A DNA stretch of 64,000 bases, taken from positions 3,712,001 through 3,776,000 of the forward strand of contig OY762897.2 in the NCBI GenBank assembly GCA_963666515.2. Reading direction: 5' to 3'. The notes below the pieces were generated by a model. It had not been told where the DNA came from. It saw only the letters and a list, made by a program, of their open reading frames with translations, and ran no database searches. This document shows, piece after piece, positions 41,538-51,724 of this stretch; positions within the stretch are counted from its first letter, which is position 1; each line of letters begins with the position of its first letter. The DNA comes from Candidatus Binatia bacterium. GTDB lineage: Bacteria; Desulfobacterota; Binatia; UBA9968; JAJDTQ01. Both the position numbers and the translations under genes were made by a program.

Positions 41538-42086
41538 TTACGACTGTTTCACCCCTGACGGTCCATCTTTGCCAGACCTTAGGACCACCAACTTAACGCC
41601 CTTCTCTAGGCAAACCCGTTCAACTGCTCGAACCTCCTCCAAGGCCGTCTCATTCGTGGACAACCCGTTAGTCCTTTGTATCAATGCGAGCACAGCCATT
41701 CGATCGGAAGCGTGCCGATAATCGACCGCACGATTCAGCGCCTCCTCCCATTGTTCCACGAAATCAATCTCAATTGAGTAAGCGTCAGTTAGAACGTCCA
41801 CCGTTCCACCGTCGACAAGGGCATTCATTCGTCCGCCAAGTACCTTGGCAAGAGCGTCTCGCCAGTGCCGTTCCTCAGCGTCCTTGTCTACGGGGAGTCG
41901 GATGATCTGAACCAATGCTCCCGGACTCTGCTCAAAAGGGGAGGACCTGAGCGCCACTTCTGATAGCGACGTATTGGTCTGCAGTCCGCGCAACAAGAAC
42001 CCTAGCACGACAGACGACACAACTATCGCGAGACCAACTTTCACCGCAAAGGACAGCGGTCGCCGATGTTTGACCTCGACTGTCAT
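41538..42086 (-). CDS. Hypothetical protein: N-terminal TM helix plus degenerate PD-(D/E)xK-like domain (low GC)
   Basis: TM FAVKVGLAIVVSSVVLGFLL; EERHWRDAL...GTVDVLTDAYSIEIDF..W.EAL....Y; ATGA overlap with the upstream gene. Confidence 0.6.
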   Translation of the reverse strand: MTVEVKHRRPLSFAVKVGLAIVVSSVVLGFLLRGLQTNTSLSEVALRSSPFEQSPGALVQIIRLPVDKDAEERHWRDALAKVLGGRMNALVDGGTVDVLTDAYSIEIDFVEQWEEALNRAVDYRHASDRMAVLALIQRTNGLSTNETALEEVRAVERVCLEKGVKLVVLRSGKDGPSGVKQS

Positions 42087-43207
42087 ACTGAAGTGATAAA
42101 CGCCAGGACTACAATAGCGATGGCGATGGCGATGACGATAATAACGGTATTGTTGTTTTTCTTTACCTGAATGTTGGTTTTACCACTGGCTGTCTCAAAA
42201 GAGGATGTGATTTCGTAGTCACTCTTGCTGGCCTGTTCCAGTTCGGTCACACGCTGAACCGTCTGCTGCATATCTCGCGTGCTGTTCTTAAATCGCTGGT
42301 CGGCTTTCGCCTGGGACACAGCCAAATCGACGCGGGCGGCGAGAAGTTGTCGGAGCAGTTCTCTCTTGTCCTCTCTAGTGAGGTCTTGGACACTGAAGTC
42401 CAACAGCTTGCCTTGGGCATGTTCGGCATCGAGGGCTGCCTTGAGTTGGTCGAACTGCGGGGCTTCGGTATCCTTGGCTTTCACTTGGGCACCTCCGATA
42501 AAGGGATGGAACCACGGCTCTTTCTCTCGGTCAATAACGACGTCGATAGTTCCCTGTGGTAGTGTGATTGAATGGCGGATGCGCTGTGTGTTCTGGATAC
42601 AGTTCACGAGTTTTTCAATGCGCGCAAACTCGGAAAACAAATAGTCCGAACGCACCTTGGCTTCTCGGTGTTCAATTGACGCGAGGATACGGTTGGCTGC
42701 TACTACATCACCGTTGGATAGCCAAGTGGCCGATTCCTTTAGGGACGAAGGTAACTGAAACTCACGTGATGACCTAATAAGCTGCGTTATGACCGGGAGG
42801 ACGTCGTTCCGCCACTTGGTATGCGTGGTGCTGATAGTGGCGTGTATCGGCGGTAAGTAGTGCCTTCTGAGCTTTTTTATCAGGCGATACCTAACGGAAA
42901 GAGGCAAATGTGGTGGAAGGAGGGCGAGGAGTCTCTCAGAGGTTTGCCCACTCAACTGGACAAGACCTGTTTTCCAGCTAGGATATGTCTGGCGCGCATA
43001 GTCCTCGGCCTGTTTCCCGTAGAGCCTACCGTACTGCTTGAACAGGAACTCAAGAGAGCGGTCCGATAGGTTAAAAAAGATCTTTTGGACGTCGTGATCT
43101 ATCCCGGCAAACAGGATGGTTAACTTCCGCCTTTTGCTGAGGCGGCGGAGTCGGGGATCGTTAGCTGGATCGGGTCGCATCGCTGGGAAAGGGTCTAACT
43201 CGTCCAA
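42083..43207 (-). CDS. Hypothetical protein with C-terminal membrane anchor (low GC)
   Basis: 374-codon ORF in an AT-richer block, C-terminal [17 protein letters not shown]; start uncertain. Confidence 0.7.
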   Translation of the reverse strand: MDELDPFPAMRPDPANDPRLRRLSKRRKLTILFAGIDHDVQKIFFNLSDRSLEFLFKQYGRLYGKQAEDYARQTYPSWKTGLVQLSGQTSERLLALLPPHLPLSVRYRLIKKLRRHYLPPIHATISTTHTKWRNDVLPVITQLIRSSREFQLPSSLKESATWLSNGDVVAANRILASIEHREAKVRSDYLFSEFARIEKLVNCIQNTQRIRHSITLPQGTIDVVIDREKEPWFHPFIGGAQVKAKDTEAPQFDQLKAALDAEHAQGKLLDFSVQDLTREDKRELLRQLLAARVDLAVSQAKADQRFKNSTRDMQQTVQRVTELEQASKSDYEITSSFETASGKTNIQVKKNNNTVIIVIAIAIAIVVLAFITSV

Positions 43208-43304
43208 GACGACCGCTGATAAAGGGACCGGATGCTATTCGGTCCGCATTGTACCGCAAAGGGATGCAGTGGGCTAACGCTGATGCTGGCCGTAGACTTC
43301 CGCA

Positions 43305-44879
43305 TCAGTGCCGAAAGTGCCGTATACCGGTGAAGATCATGGCCAGGCCGTGCTCGTCCGCGGCGGCGATGACCTCCTCGTCGCGGATGGAGCCGCCCGG
43401 CTGGATCACCGCGCGGGCGCCCGCCTCCGCGGCCGCGTCCACTCCGTCCCGGAAGGGGTAGAAGGCGTCCGAAGCCACCACGGAGCCCGCTAGGTCGAGA
43501 CCGTGGGTCTTGGCGCGGGTGACGGCGAGCTGGGCGGAATCCACCCGGCTCATCTGGCCGGCGCCCACGCCCAGCAACTGGTCGCTGGAGGTGAACACGA
43601 TGGCGTTGGACTTCACGTGGTGGCACACGCGCCAGGCGAAGCCCAGGGCCTTGTACTCGTCGTCGGTGGGCTGGCGCTCGGTGACCACCTTGCACTCCCG
43701 GACGTCGATGGGCTGGTGGTCCCAGTCCTGCACCAGCACGCCGCCGTGGACACGCCGCAGATCGTGGGTCGCGTCCGCGGCCGGGGCCATGTCGATCTCC
43801 AGCAGGCGGATGTTCAGCAGCCGCTTGGCCGACGACAGGATCTCCCGTGCCTCGGGGGTGAACGAAGGGGCGATGACGATCTCCAGGAAGATCTGCTTCA
43901 GCTCCTCCGCGGTCTCCGCGTCCACCGGGCGGTTGAGTGCGATGACCCCCCCGAAGATGGACACCGGGTCCCCGGCCTTGGCCTTGCGGAAGGCGTCGGC
44001 CAGCGAGACGTCCGAGGTGGCCAGACCGCACGGGTTGGTGTGCTTGATGGCCACGGCCGCGGTCTCGGAGAAGTCCAGCACGGTGCTCAGGGCGGCGTCC
44101 GCGTCCAGGATGTTGTTGAACGAGAGCTGCTTGCCCTGGACCTGCGTCGCCCGCGCCACCGACGGGACGCCGCCGTCGCCGTGGGCATAGAACGCCGCGC
44201 TCTGGTGCGGGTTCTCCCCGTAGCGCAGCTCCTGGAGCCTGGAGAGCTGGAGGTTCAGCTTCTCGCCCCACGGCCCGGCTTTTCCGTCCCCGTCGAGCCG
44301 CCCGAGGTAGTTGGAGATGGCGCCGTCGTACCGCGCCGTGTGGTGGAAGGCCAGGCACGCCAGCCGGAAGCGCGTGTCCGCCGACAGCTCGCCGCCGCCG
44401 GCTGCAAGCTCTTCGGCCACGGCCCCGTAGTCCGACGGCTCCACCACCACCGCCACGTGCGGGTGGTTCTTGGCCGCGGAGCGGATCATGGCGGGGCCGC
44501 CAATGTCGATCTGCTCGATGATCTCGTCGAAAGGCGCTTCGCGCGCCACCGTGGCCTCGAACGGGTACAGATTCACCACCACCATGTCGATGGCGCCGAT
44601 GCCCAGCTCTTCCATCTGGGCGCGGTGCTCGGGCTTGTCCCGCAGCGCCAGGATGCCGCCGTGGATCTTGGGGTGGAGCGTCTTGACCCGGCCGTCCATG
44701 ATCTCCGGGAACCCGGTGACGTCCGCCACCTCGGTCACGTCGATCCCCTGCTGCCGCAGCAGCCCGGCCGTCCCTCCGGTGGACAGTATCTCGACGCCCA
44801 ACCCCGCCAGCTTCCCGGCGAAATCGACGATGCCGTCCTTGTCGGATACGCTGATCAGTGCCCTTTGAATCTTGCCCAC
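43305..44879 (-). CDS. purH: Bifunctional AICAR transformylase/IMP cyclohydrolase
   Basis: [49 protein letters not shown]. Confidence 0.97.
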   Translation of the reverse strand: MGKIQRALISVSDKDGIVDFAGKLAGLGVEILSTGGTAGLLRQQGIDVTEVADVTGFPEIMDGRVKTLHPKIHGGILALRDKPEHRAQMEELGIGAIDMVVVNLYPFEATVAREAPFDEIIEQIDIGGPAMIRSAAKNHPHVAVVVEPSDYGAVAEELAAGGGELSADTRFRLACLAFHHTARYDGAISNYLGRLDGDGKAGPWGEKLNLQLSRLQELRYGENPHQSAAFYAHGDGGVPSVARATQVQGKQLSFNNILDADAALSTVLDFSETAAVAIKHTNPCGLATSDVSLADAFRKAKAGDPVSIFGGVIALNRPVDAETAEELKQIFLEIVIAPSFTPEAREILSSAKRLLNIRLLEIDMAPAADATHDLRRVHGGVLVQDWDHQPIDVRECKVVTERQPTDDEYKALGFAWRVCHHVKSNAIVFTSSDQLLGVGAGQMSRVDSAQLAVTRAKTHGLDLAGSVVASDAFYPFRDGVDAAAEAGARAVIQPGGSIRDEEVIAAADEHGLAMIFTGIRHFRH

Positions 44880-44945
44880 AGGTGCCCCGTCCCTCCCTAT
44901 CCCGGCCCGCGTATCCCGTGAAGGGACGAGATGATCGCGCGCGGG

Positions 44946-46142
44946 CTAGAAGTAGTAGCGTGGAATGCCCGGACTGATGGATGTGAGAATCTCGTAGGAG
45001 ATCGTGTCCGCCCAGCCGGCCATCTCTTCCGCGGAGACGGTTTCGCGGCCCTGCGTCCCGATCAGGACGACCTCGGCCCCCGGCTGAACACCGGCTATAT
45101 CGGTAACGTCCGCCATTGTCAAATTCATGGTCACACGGCCCACCACGGGCGCCCGCCGGCCGTGGATCAGCACCGCGGCCTTGTTGGAAAGAGACCGTTT
45201 GTAGCCGTCCGCGTAGCCCACCGGCAGGGTCGCGATGACGCTCTTGCGGGCGGTGATGAAGGTGCCGCCGTAGCTCACGGGCGAACCCTCCGGCAGTGTC
45301 TTGACCTGCAGCACGCGGGTCTTCCAGGTGAGCGCCGGCGCAAGGCGGGCGTGTTTCGCAAGCTGCGGATGGGAGTAGAGCCCGTAGAGCATGCCGCCCG
45401 GCCGCACCATGTCGAAACGGACCTCGGGCAGCCCCAGGAGGGCGGCGCTGTTGGCCATGTGCGCCGCCGACGGCAGGTGTCCTGCCGCGCGCAGCCGCTC
45501 CAGGGTGCCGCGGAACGCCGCCAGTTGCCCGCGGCACGACGGCGAGTCCGGCTGCTCGGCCGCGGCGAAGTGGGACATGATCCCTTGCAGCTCGACCGCC
45601 TGGAGCCCGCTCAGCGCCGGCGCCCATTCCTCGACCGCGTCCGGCAGAAGCCCCAGCCGTCCCATGCCGGTGTCCACCTTGAGGTGGCAGGCGACCGCGA
45701 CGCCGTGTCGTGCGCCGAAGGCGTCTAGGCGCCGCAAGAGGTCGAGACTCGGTACCACGGGCGTCAGCGAATGCCGGACGAGGTTGGCGGCATCGTCCGG
45801 CCAGACGCTTCCCAGGACGACGATCTCGCCTTCGATTCCCGCCTCCCTCAGGCGCGCCCCTTCCTCCACCGTGGCGACCCCGAAGCGGCGCACCCCTTCG
45901 CCGGACAGGACGCGGGCGCACTCGACGTCTCCATGGCCGTAGGCGCCGGCCTTCACCACCGCGAGGACGTCCACCCGGTCGCCTGCCAGGCGGCGCGCCG
46001 TGGCCAGGTTGGCGCGCAAGGCCGACAGGTCGACCAGACAGCAGGTCCCCGCGGGCTCGCGAGCGGGAAGCGATGTCGATGGCGGTGATATTTCTTCTCG
46101 GGACTCGTCGTGCACGCCGGGTGTGGCCGAAGGGAAGCGCAA
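44946..46142 (-). CDS. alr: Alanine racemase
   Basis: VVKAGAYGHG, HLKVDTGMGRLG, VSYGG, GYADG, TISYEIL; start uncertain. Confidence 0.93.
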   Translation of the reverse strand: MRFPSATPGVHDESREEISPPSTSLPAREPAGTCCLVDLSALRANLATARRLAGDRVDVLAVVKAGAYGHGDVECARVLSGEGVRRFGVATVEEGARLREAGIEGEIVVLGSVWPDDAANLVRHSLTPVVPSLDLLRRLDAFGARHGVAVACHLKVDTGMGRLGLLPDAVEEWAPALSGLQAVELQGIMSHFAAAEQPDSPSCRGQLAAFRGTLERLRAAGHLPSAAHMANSAALLGLPEVRFDMVRPGGMLYGLYSHPQLAKHARLAPALTWKTRVLQVKTLPEGSPVSYGGTFITARKSVIATLPVGYADGYKRSLSNKAAVLIHGRRAPVVGRVTMNLTMADVTDIAGVQPGAEVVLIGTQGRETVSAEEMAGWADTISYEILTSISPGIPRYYF

Positions 46143-46158
46143 GTCCCCGAAGCCGTGG

Positions 46159-46488
46159 TCAGGAAACCCTGGCGCCGGGGGCGATGGCTCGCTCCGGCGC
46201 CAGGATGACGAGTTGGTCGTCGGTGGATGCGGCGAGGATCATGCCCTGGCTCTCGATGCCTCTCAGCTTCGCGGGCTTCAGGTTCGCCACCACCACGAGC
46301 TGCCGGCCCGTGAGTTCCTCCGGGCTGTAGTGGCCGCGAATGCCGGCCACGAGCTGGCGCTCCTCCGAGCCCAGGTCCACCTTGAGCACCATGAGCCGGT
46401 CGGCATTGGGATGCGGTTCGGCGCTGGTGACCGTGCCGATGCGCAGGTCCAGCGCTTGGAAGTCGTCGATGGTGATCATGCCGTCCAT
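46159..46488 (-). CDS. tRNA-binding OB-fold protein (MetG C-terminal/CsaA/Trbp111)
   Basis: ITIDDF..LDLRIG, HPNADRL, NLKPAKLRGIESQGMILAA. Confidence 0.88.
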   Translation of the reverse strand: MDGMITIDDFQALDLRIGTVTSAEPHPNADRLMVLKVDLGSEERQLVAGIRGHYSPEELTGRQLVVVANLKPAKLRGIESQGMILAASTDDQLVILAPERAIAPGARVS

Positions 46489-46581
46489 GGGTGCTGACGG
46501 AGGTTTATCGGTTTGTAGAAGGATAACAAAACTCGGCTTGCCAACCAAACCACGGGCGGCCATCGCGGCATCGGAGATGCG

Positions 46582-46848
46582 TCAATAGTGATACCGCGCC
46601 TGCAGGAAGTCCACTCGGTCTTCGCTGACCAGATAGACGAGGCGATGTGCTTCCGTGAGCCGGCGCGACCAAGTCCCCGACAGCAGGTACTTGAGCGGCT
46701 CGGGCTTCCCGATCCCGGAAAACGGGTCGCGCATCACGGCCTCGACCAGGTTGAGGACGCGCAACGCGACCTTCCGGTCCGTCCTGACCCAATAACGCAG
46801 GTCCGAAATGAATTCGGGGTGGAAAACGGAGGATCGTGGAGCTTTCAT
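46582..46848 (-). CDS. yoeB: Txe/YoeB family toxin
   Basis: DLRYW, PFSGIGKPEPLKY, WSRRLTEAHRLVY, QARYHY. Confidence 0.93.
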   Translation of the reverse strand: MKAPRSSVFHPEFISDLRYWVRTDRKVALRVLNLVEAVMRDPFSGIGKPEPLKYLLSGTWSRRLTEAHRLVYLVSEDRVDFLQARYHY

Positions 46849-46918
46849 ACCCACCCCGGACATATAACGTGTTGAACACTTCTGAGGCGGCGCACGGTTG
46901 GGTCAGGCAGGTCCGTGT

Positions 46919-47197
46919 TCAACCAAGGCCGAGTTTCTCGCGCAGGTCTTCCACCGAAGATGACGGGAGTTCGCGACTCTGGGCGCGGTTGATGGCGGTG
47001 AGAAGACGTTTCGCGTTCCGCGGGGATCTGAGGAGGTGGGCCGTTTCCAGAAGGCTCGCCAGCTCGTCTGCCGAAACCAATGCCACGTCCTGGGCGTTGC
47101 GTCGCCGGATGATGACGGGCTCGCGCGTGTCGGCTACTTGGGCACAGAGCGAGGCAAATTCCGCTCTCGCCCTTGTGTACGTAGTCGTGCTTGCCAT
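46919..47197 (-). CDS. yefM: Phd/YefM family antitoxin
   Basis: TTYTRAR, PVIIRR, LETAHLLRSPRNAKRLL. Confidence 0.93.
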   Translation of the reverse strand: MASTTTYTRARAEFASLCAQVADTREPVIIRRRNAQDVALVSADELASLLETAHLLRSPRNAKRLLTAINRAQSRELPSSSVEDLREKLGLG

Positions 47198-47215
47198 GAC
47201 TCCACTATCCCCCCT

Positions 47216-47240
47216 TACTGTACTCCAATACTGTACAGGT
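47216..47240 (-). promoter_or_regulatory. Probable yefM-yoeB autoregulatory operator
   Basis: tactgtac repeated twice, 13 bp apart, the second giving the TGTACA palindrome known from YefM operators. Confidence 0.6.
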
Positions 47241-47301
47241 GAGATGACGTTTTGTCCATCGAGTGGCGGCTCTGACAGGGTATTCCCGCTTACCCCCCCT
47301 C

Positions 47302-47350
47302 TTGACTCACCGGAAGCCGGCGGCTACTAATCAGAACCATTACTGTTAAG
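47302..47350 (+). promoter_or_regulatory. Rubrerythrin promoter with a possible Per/Fur box
   Basis: TTGACT, 17 bp spacer, TACTAA, followed by AT-rich taatcagaaccattactgtta; a Fur-family gene is in the same operon. Confidence 0.5.
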
Positions 47351-47360
47351 GAGGCACCCT

Positions 47361-47804
<444 letters not shown>

Positions 47805-47829
47805 TCGTGCCGGTCCGCTGACCCGGACG

Positions 47830-47878
47830 TTTGCCGCCTCGGACCCGCGGGAAACCCTCGCGGGGTCGGGGCGGCAAA
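47830..47878. terminator. Long hairpin after rubrerythrin
   Basis: tttgccgcctcggacccgcg...cgcggggtcggggcggcaaa. Confidence 0.55.
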
Positions 47879-47906
47879 GGACGGTCTCTTTCGGACGGTC
47901 TCTTTC
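47879..47906. repeat. Perfect 14-bp tandem duplication
   Basis: ggacggtctctttc x2, just before the DUF3501 start. Confidence 0.85.
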
Positions 47907-47911
47907 GCGCA

Positions 47912-48484
47912 ATGGAAAAGGTCACGCTGAACGACATCGTCGGCGCCAGCGCCTACGAGCAGAAGCGCGACGCGTTCCGCCGCGAGATCATCGATCTCAA
48001 GAAGCACCGGCGGGTGTCGGTGGGGGACAAGGTCTCGCTGGTGTTCGAGAACCGGGCCACGGTGATCTTCCAGATACAGGAGATGCTGCGGGCCGAGAGC
48101 ATCCGTGACCTGGACAAGATCCGCGAGGAGATCGACGTCTACAACGAGCTGATTCCGGCGGCCGGGGAACTGAGGGCGACCCTTTTCCTGGAGATCGAGG
48201 ACCAGACCAACCTGCGCGAGGCGCTGCTGAAGTTTCTCGGCATCGACGAGCGGGTCTTCCTCAAGATCGGCGACGGTCACACCGTTCGCGCCCGGTTCGA
48301 GGAAGGCCGCAGCAAGGAAGACAAGATCAGCGCGGTGCAGTACATCACCTTCGGCTTCACCGCGGACGAGGCCGAAGCGTTGCGGGACCGGGACGCCTGC
48401 ATCGTGGTCGACCACGAGAACTATCACGCCGAGGTCCTCTTGACCGCCGAAACCAGGGCGGAGCTGCTCCGGGACCTGGCGTAG
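47912..48484 (+). CDS. DUF3501 family protein
   Basis: [16 protein letters not shown]...[20 protein letters not shown]; rubrerythrin context. Confidence 0.85.
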   Translation: MEKVTLNDIVGASAYEQKRDAFRREIIDLKKHRRVSVGDKVSLVFENRATVIFQIQEMLRAESIRDLDKIREEIDVYNELIPAAGELRATLFLEIEDQTNLREALLKFLGIDERVFLKIGDGHTVRARFEEGRSKEDKISAVQYITFGFTADEAEALRDRDACIVVDHENYHAEVLLTAETRAELLRDLA

Positions 48485-48515
48485 CGTCCCGCGGAACGGG
48501 CCGGGGGATCGTTCC

Positions 48516-48890
48516 ATGTCCACGAGACGGACACGACAGCTCCAGGTGATATGGGACGTCCTGAAGGACGAAATGTCCCATCCCACCGCGGACCAGATAT
48601 ACGAACGGGTGCGGCGGGACCTGCCGCACATCAGCCTCGGCACCGTCTACCGCAACCTCCAGAAGCTGGCCGCCGACGGCAGGCTTCAGATCCTCAACAT
48701 CGAGCGCACGCAGCACTTCGATCCCATCCTGAACAAGCACCCGCATTTCATTTGCGAAAGCTGCGGAAAGGTCTATGATGTCACCCTCGACCGTAGGGAC
48801 GAAGCGGAGCCGGTGCTGTCGCCGGACACGGGCTTTACGGTGACTTCCCACCAGCTCTCGCTCTACGGCACGTGCGAGACTTGCTCTTGA
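48516..48890 (+). CDS. Fur family transcriptional regulator (PerR-like)
   Basis: [36 protein letters not shown]. Confidence 0.9.
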   Translation: MSTRRTRQLQVIWDVLKDEMSHPTADQIYERVRRDLPHISLGTVYRNLQKLAADGRLQILNIERTQHFDPILNKHPHFICESCGKVYDVTLDRRDEAEPVLSPDTGFTVTSHQLSLYGTCETCS

Positions 48891-48929
48891 TGCCTGCGGC
48901 CGTCACGGCCGAGGCCCGCGGGAGGAGCC

Positions 48930-49799
48930 ATGTCAAGACGTGATCTTATCGGTCTCGTGCTCGGTCTGGCGGTGCTTTTGAGCGCACAGGGCGCGGCCGC
49001 CATCTGTAATCCAAACGTGGTCAAGACCCTCGATGCGGGACCCCACCTGGCCCGGTCCGTCGGCCTGCTCGCGGGCGCGACCGCCCCGTCCGGCGCGGAC
49101 ATCGGTCTCGGCCAGTACAGCATCCGCTGGTTCGGCCACTCCAGCTTCGCCATCCGCTCCGGCACCGGCACCCGGGTGGTGGCCGATCCCAACTTCGACG
49201 TCACGCCCGGCATCGCCGCGGACGCGGTGACGGTGAGCAACGACCACTACACCCACAACAACGTCGATGCGGTGCGCGGCAACCCGCTGGTGCTGAGGGG
49301 CATCACCCTGGACCAGCGCTGGCAGCCGGTGCGGCGGAAGGTCAAGGACATCGTGGTGGTGAACCTGCCCAGCGCCCGCAACTACGACTTCACCCGCATC
49401 GCCAACTCGATCTTCGTCTTCGAGATGGGCAGCCTCTGTCTCGCCCACCTGGGCAACATCGGCCACCTGCTCACCGAGAAGCAGCAGAAGCTGCTGCGCC
49501 GGGTGGACGTCATGATGATCCCCATCGACGCCCGCAACAACCTGGGATTCGGCGACCTCGTCAAGGTCATCGAGCAGGTGAAGCCGCCCATCGTGCTGCC
49601 GATGCACTACGACGACCCGCACCAGGCCGAGTACTTCGCGTCCTTCCTCGACGGCCGCTATCCGGTGCGCCCGCAAGCCGATTCCCGGCTCGTGCTCACG
49701 CGCCGGATGCTGCCCAAGAGCACGGAGCTGTTCATCCTGCCCCACCCCAACCCCTACGCCATGAGGCGCCGCTGGGGCGGCTGGGACGACGACCGGTAG
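48930..49799 (+). CDS. Secreted MBL-fold metallo-hydrolase
   Basis: Signal peptide, WFGHSSF, DP, degenerate SNDHYTHN, HLGN, PMHY. Confidence 0.8.
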   Translation: MSRRDLIGLVLGLAVLLSAQGAAAICNPNVVKTLDAGPHLARSVGLLAGATAPSGADIGLGQYSIRWFGHSSFAIRSGTGTRVVADPNFDVTPGIAADAVTVSNDHYTHNNVDAVRGNPLVLRGITLDQRWQPVRRKVKDIVVVNLPSARNYDFTRIANSIFVFEMGSLCLAHLGNIGHLLTEKQQKLLRRVDVMMIPIDARNNLGFGDLVKVIEQVKPPIVLPMHYDDPHQAEYFASFLDGRYPVRPQADSRLVLTRRMLPKSTELFILPHPNPYAMRRRWGGWDDDR

Positions 49800-49816
49800 C
49801 ACCGCGTTCCTCCGCT

Positions 49817-51724
49817 TCAGGACTGAAACCGATCCACTCTCGATCGCAGGTAGTCAATGACTTGGTCCGCCACCTCGTCGACGCTCCGTTCGCCGGTTTT
49901 CAGCACGATGTCGGGATTATCGGGCGGTTCGTAGACGCTGTCGATGCCGGTGAAGTTCCTGATCTCGCCGGCGCGGGCCTTGCGGTAGAGCCCCTTGGGG
50001 TCGCGTTGCTCGCAGACCTCGATGGGGCAATCGACGAAGATCTCGACGAACTCGCCTTCCTCCATCATCTCCCGGGCCATGCGGCGCTCGTCGCGGAACG
50101 GCGAGATCACCGAGACCAGGACGATCAACCCGGCGTCCACGAACAGCCTGGCGGCCTCGGCGATGCGGCGCACGTTCTCCACCCGGTCCGCGGCGGTGAA
50201 GCCCAGGTCCCGGGTCAACCCGTGGCGCAGGTTGTCGCCGTCCAGGGTGTAGCTGTGCCGGCCCATGGCGTGCAGGCGCCGCTCCACCGCGTTGGCGGTG
50301 GCCGACTTGCCTGCGCCCGACAGCCCGGTGAGCCACAGGACGCAGGCTTTCTGGTTCTTCTGCGCCGCCCGCGCAGGTTTGTCGATGGCGAGCGGGTGGA
50401 GGGTCAGGTTGGAGCCGCGCCACAGGCCGAAGTCGATCATGCCGGCGCCCACGGTGTCGTGGGTGTAGCGGTCGATGAGGATGAAGCCGCCGGTCTCCCT
50501 CGACTCCCGGTAGGGATCGAAGGCGATCCGGCGGTCGAGGCCGATGTTGCAACAGGCGATGTCGTTGAGCCCCAGCGTCCTGGCCGCGGCGTGCTCCAGG
50601 TTGTTGACGTTGAGCTTGTACTTGATGGCTGTGATCTGTGCCCCGGCAAGGCGCGTGCCGATTTTCAGCAGGTACGGACGCTCCGGCAGCAGCGGGTTCT
50701 CGTGCATCCAGACGATGTGGCAGGCGAACTGGTCGCTGAAGCTCGGCGGCTCGGTGGCGGAGGCGATGATGTCGCCGCGGCTCACGTCGGCCTCGTCGGC
50801 GAGGGTGAGGGTTACGGCCTGGCCGGCGCGCGCGCCGTCGAGGTCTCCGTCCGGACCGACGATCCGTTTTACCGCCGAGGTTCGCCGGGATGGGCAGAGC
50901 ATCACGGAGTCGCCGGGGCGCACGAGCCCGGACGCGATGGTGCCGGCGAAGCCGCGGAAATCGGCGCTGGGACGGTTCACCCACTGCACGGGCATGCGAA
51001 AGGGCGCGCTCTCGAGGCCGGCGGCCACCTCGGCGGATTCCAGGGCCTGGAGGAGCGTCGGCCCGTCATGCCAGTCCATGGCCGTTGACGGTCCGGTGAC
51101 GTTGTCGCCGGTGAGAGCCGATACCGGAATGCAGGTGACGCCGGTCACGTCCAGCCGCCGCGCGAAGTCGCGGTAGGCCGCGACGATGCCGTCGAAGACT
51201 TCCCCGGACCAGTCCACGAGGTCCATCTTGTTGACGGCGGCGATCACGCGGCGAACGCCCAGGAGGGAGAGGATGGTGGTGTGGCGGCAGGTCTGCGGCA
51301 GCACGCCCTTGCGGGCGTCGATGAGCACCACCGCCAGATCGGCGGTGGAGGCGCCGGTGGCCATGTTGCGCGTGTACTGCTCGTGCCCGGGCGTGTCGGC
51401 GACGATGAATTTGCGCTTGTCGGTTGAGAACGTGCGGTAGGCGACGTCGATGGTGATGCCCTGCTCGCGCTCCGCCTGGAGGCCGTCCACCAGGAGCGCC
51501 AGGTCGAGGTCGTCGCCCTGGGTGCCGTGCCGCCTGCTGTCGGCCGCCACCTTCGCGAGCTGGTCCTGGAACACCAGCCGCGATTCGTAGAGCAGGCGGC
51601 CGATCAGCGTGGACTTGCCGTCGTCCACGCTGCCGCAGGTGATGAAGCGTAGGATGTCCGTGTCTTCGCGGACGTTCGCGTAGGCTTGGAACTCCCGGCC
51701 GCCCGGCGAGGGGTTCCTGGACAT
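49817..51724 (-). CDS. cysNC: Bifunctional sulfate adenylyltransferase subunit 1 / APS kinase
   Basis: GSVDDGKSTL, EREQGITID, DTPGH, NKMD; TGLSGAGKS, LDGDNLR, RDPKGLY. Confidence 0.95.
   Translation of the reverse strand: MSRNPSPGGREFQAYANVREDTDILRFITCGSVDDGKSTLIGRLLYESRLVFQDQLAKVAADSRRHGTQGDDLDLALLVDGLQAEREQGITIDVAYRTFSTDKRKFIVADTPGHEQYTRNMATGASTADLAVVLIDARKGVLPQTCRHTTILSLLGVRRVIAAVNKMDLVDWSGEVFDGIVAAYRDFARRLDVTGVTCIPVSALTGDNVTGPSTAMDWHDGPTLLQALESAEVAAGLESAPFRMPVQWVNRPSADFRGFAGTIASGLVRPGDSVMLCPSRRTSAVKRIVGPDGDLDGARAGQAVTLTLADEADVSRGDIIASATEPPSFSDQFACHIVWMHENPLLPERPYLLKIGTRLAGAQITAIKYKLNVNNLEHAAARTLGLNDIACCNIGLDRRIAFDPYRESRETGGFILIDRYTHDTVGAGMIDFGLWRGSNLTLHPLAIDKPARAAQKNQKACVLWLTGLSGAGKSATANAVERRLHAMGRHSYTLDGDNLRHGLTRDLGFTAADRVENVRRIAEAARLFVDAGLIVLVSVISPFRDERRMAREMMEEGEFVEIFVDCPIEVCEQRDPKGLYRKARAGEIRNFTGIDSVYEPPDNPDIVLKTGERSVDEVADQVIDYLRSRVDRFQS

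Noticed and set aside
41451-43304. Integron cassette or IS-bounded element
   Set aside because: No attC-like RYYYAAC/GTTRRRY structure, terminal inverted repeats or target-site duplication seen at the boundaries
43195-45921. 908-aa minus-strand ORF and other long overlapping ORFs (e.g. 69..1745, 7288..9492, 31692..33311)
   Set aside because: Shadow frames of real high-GC genes, with no motifs
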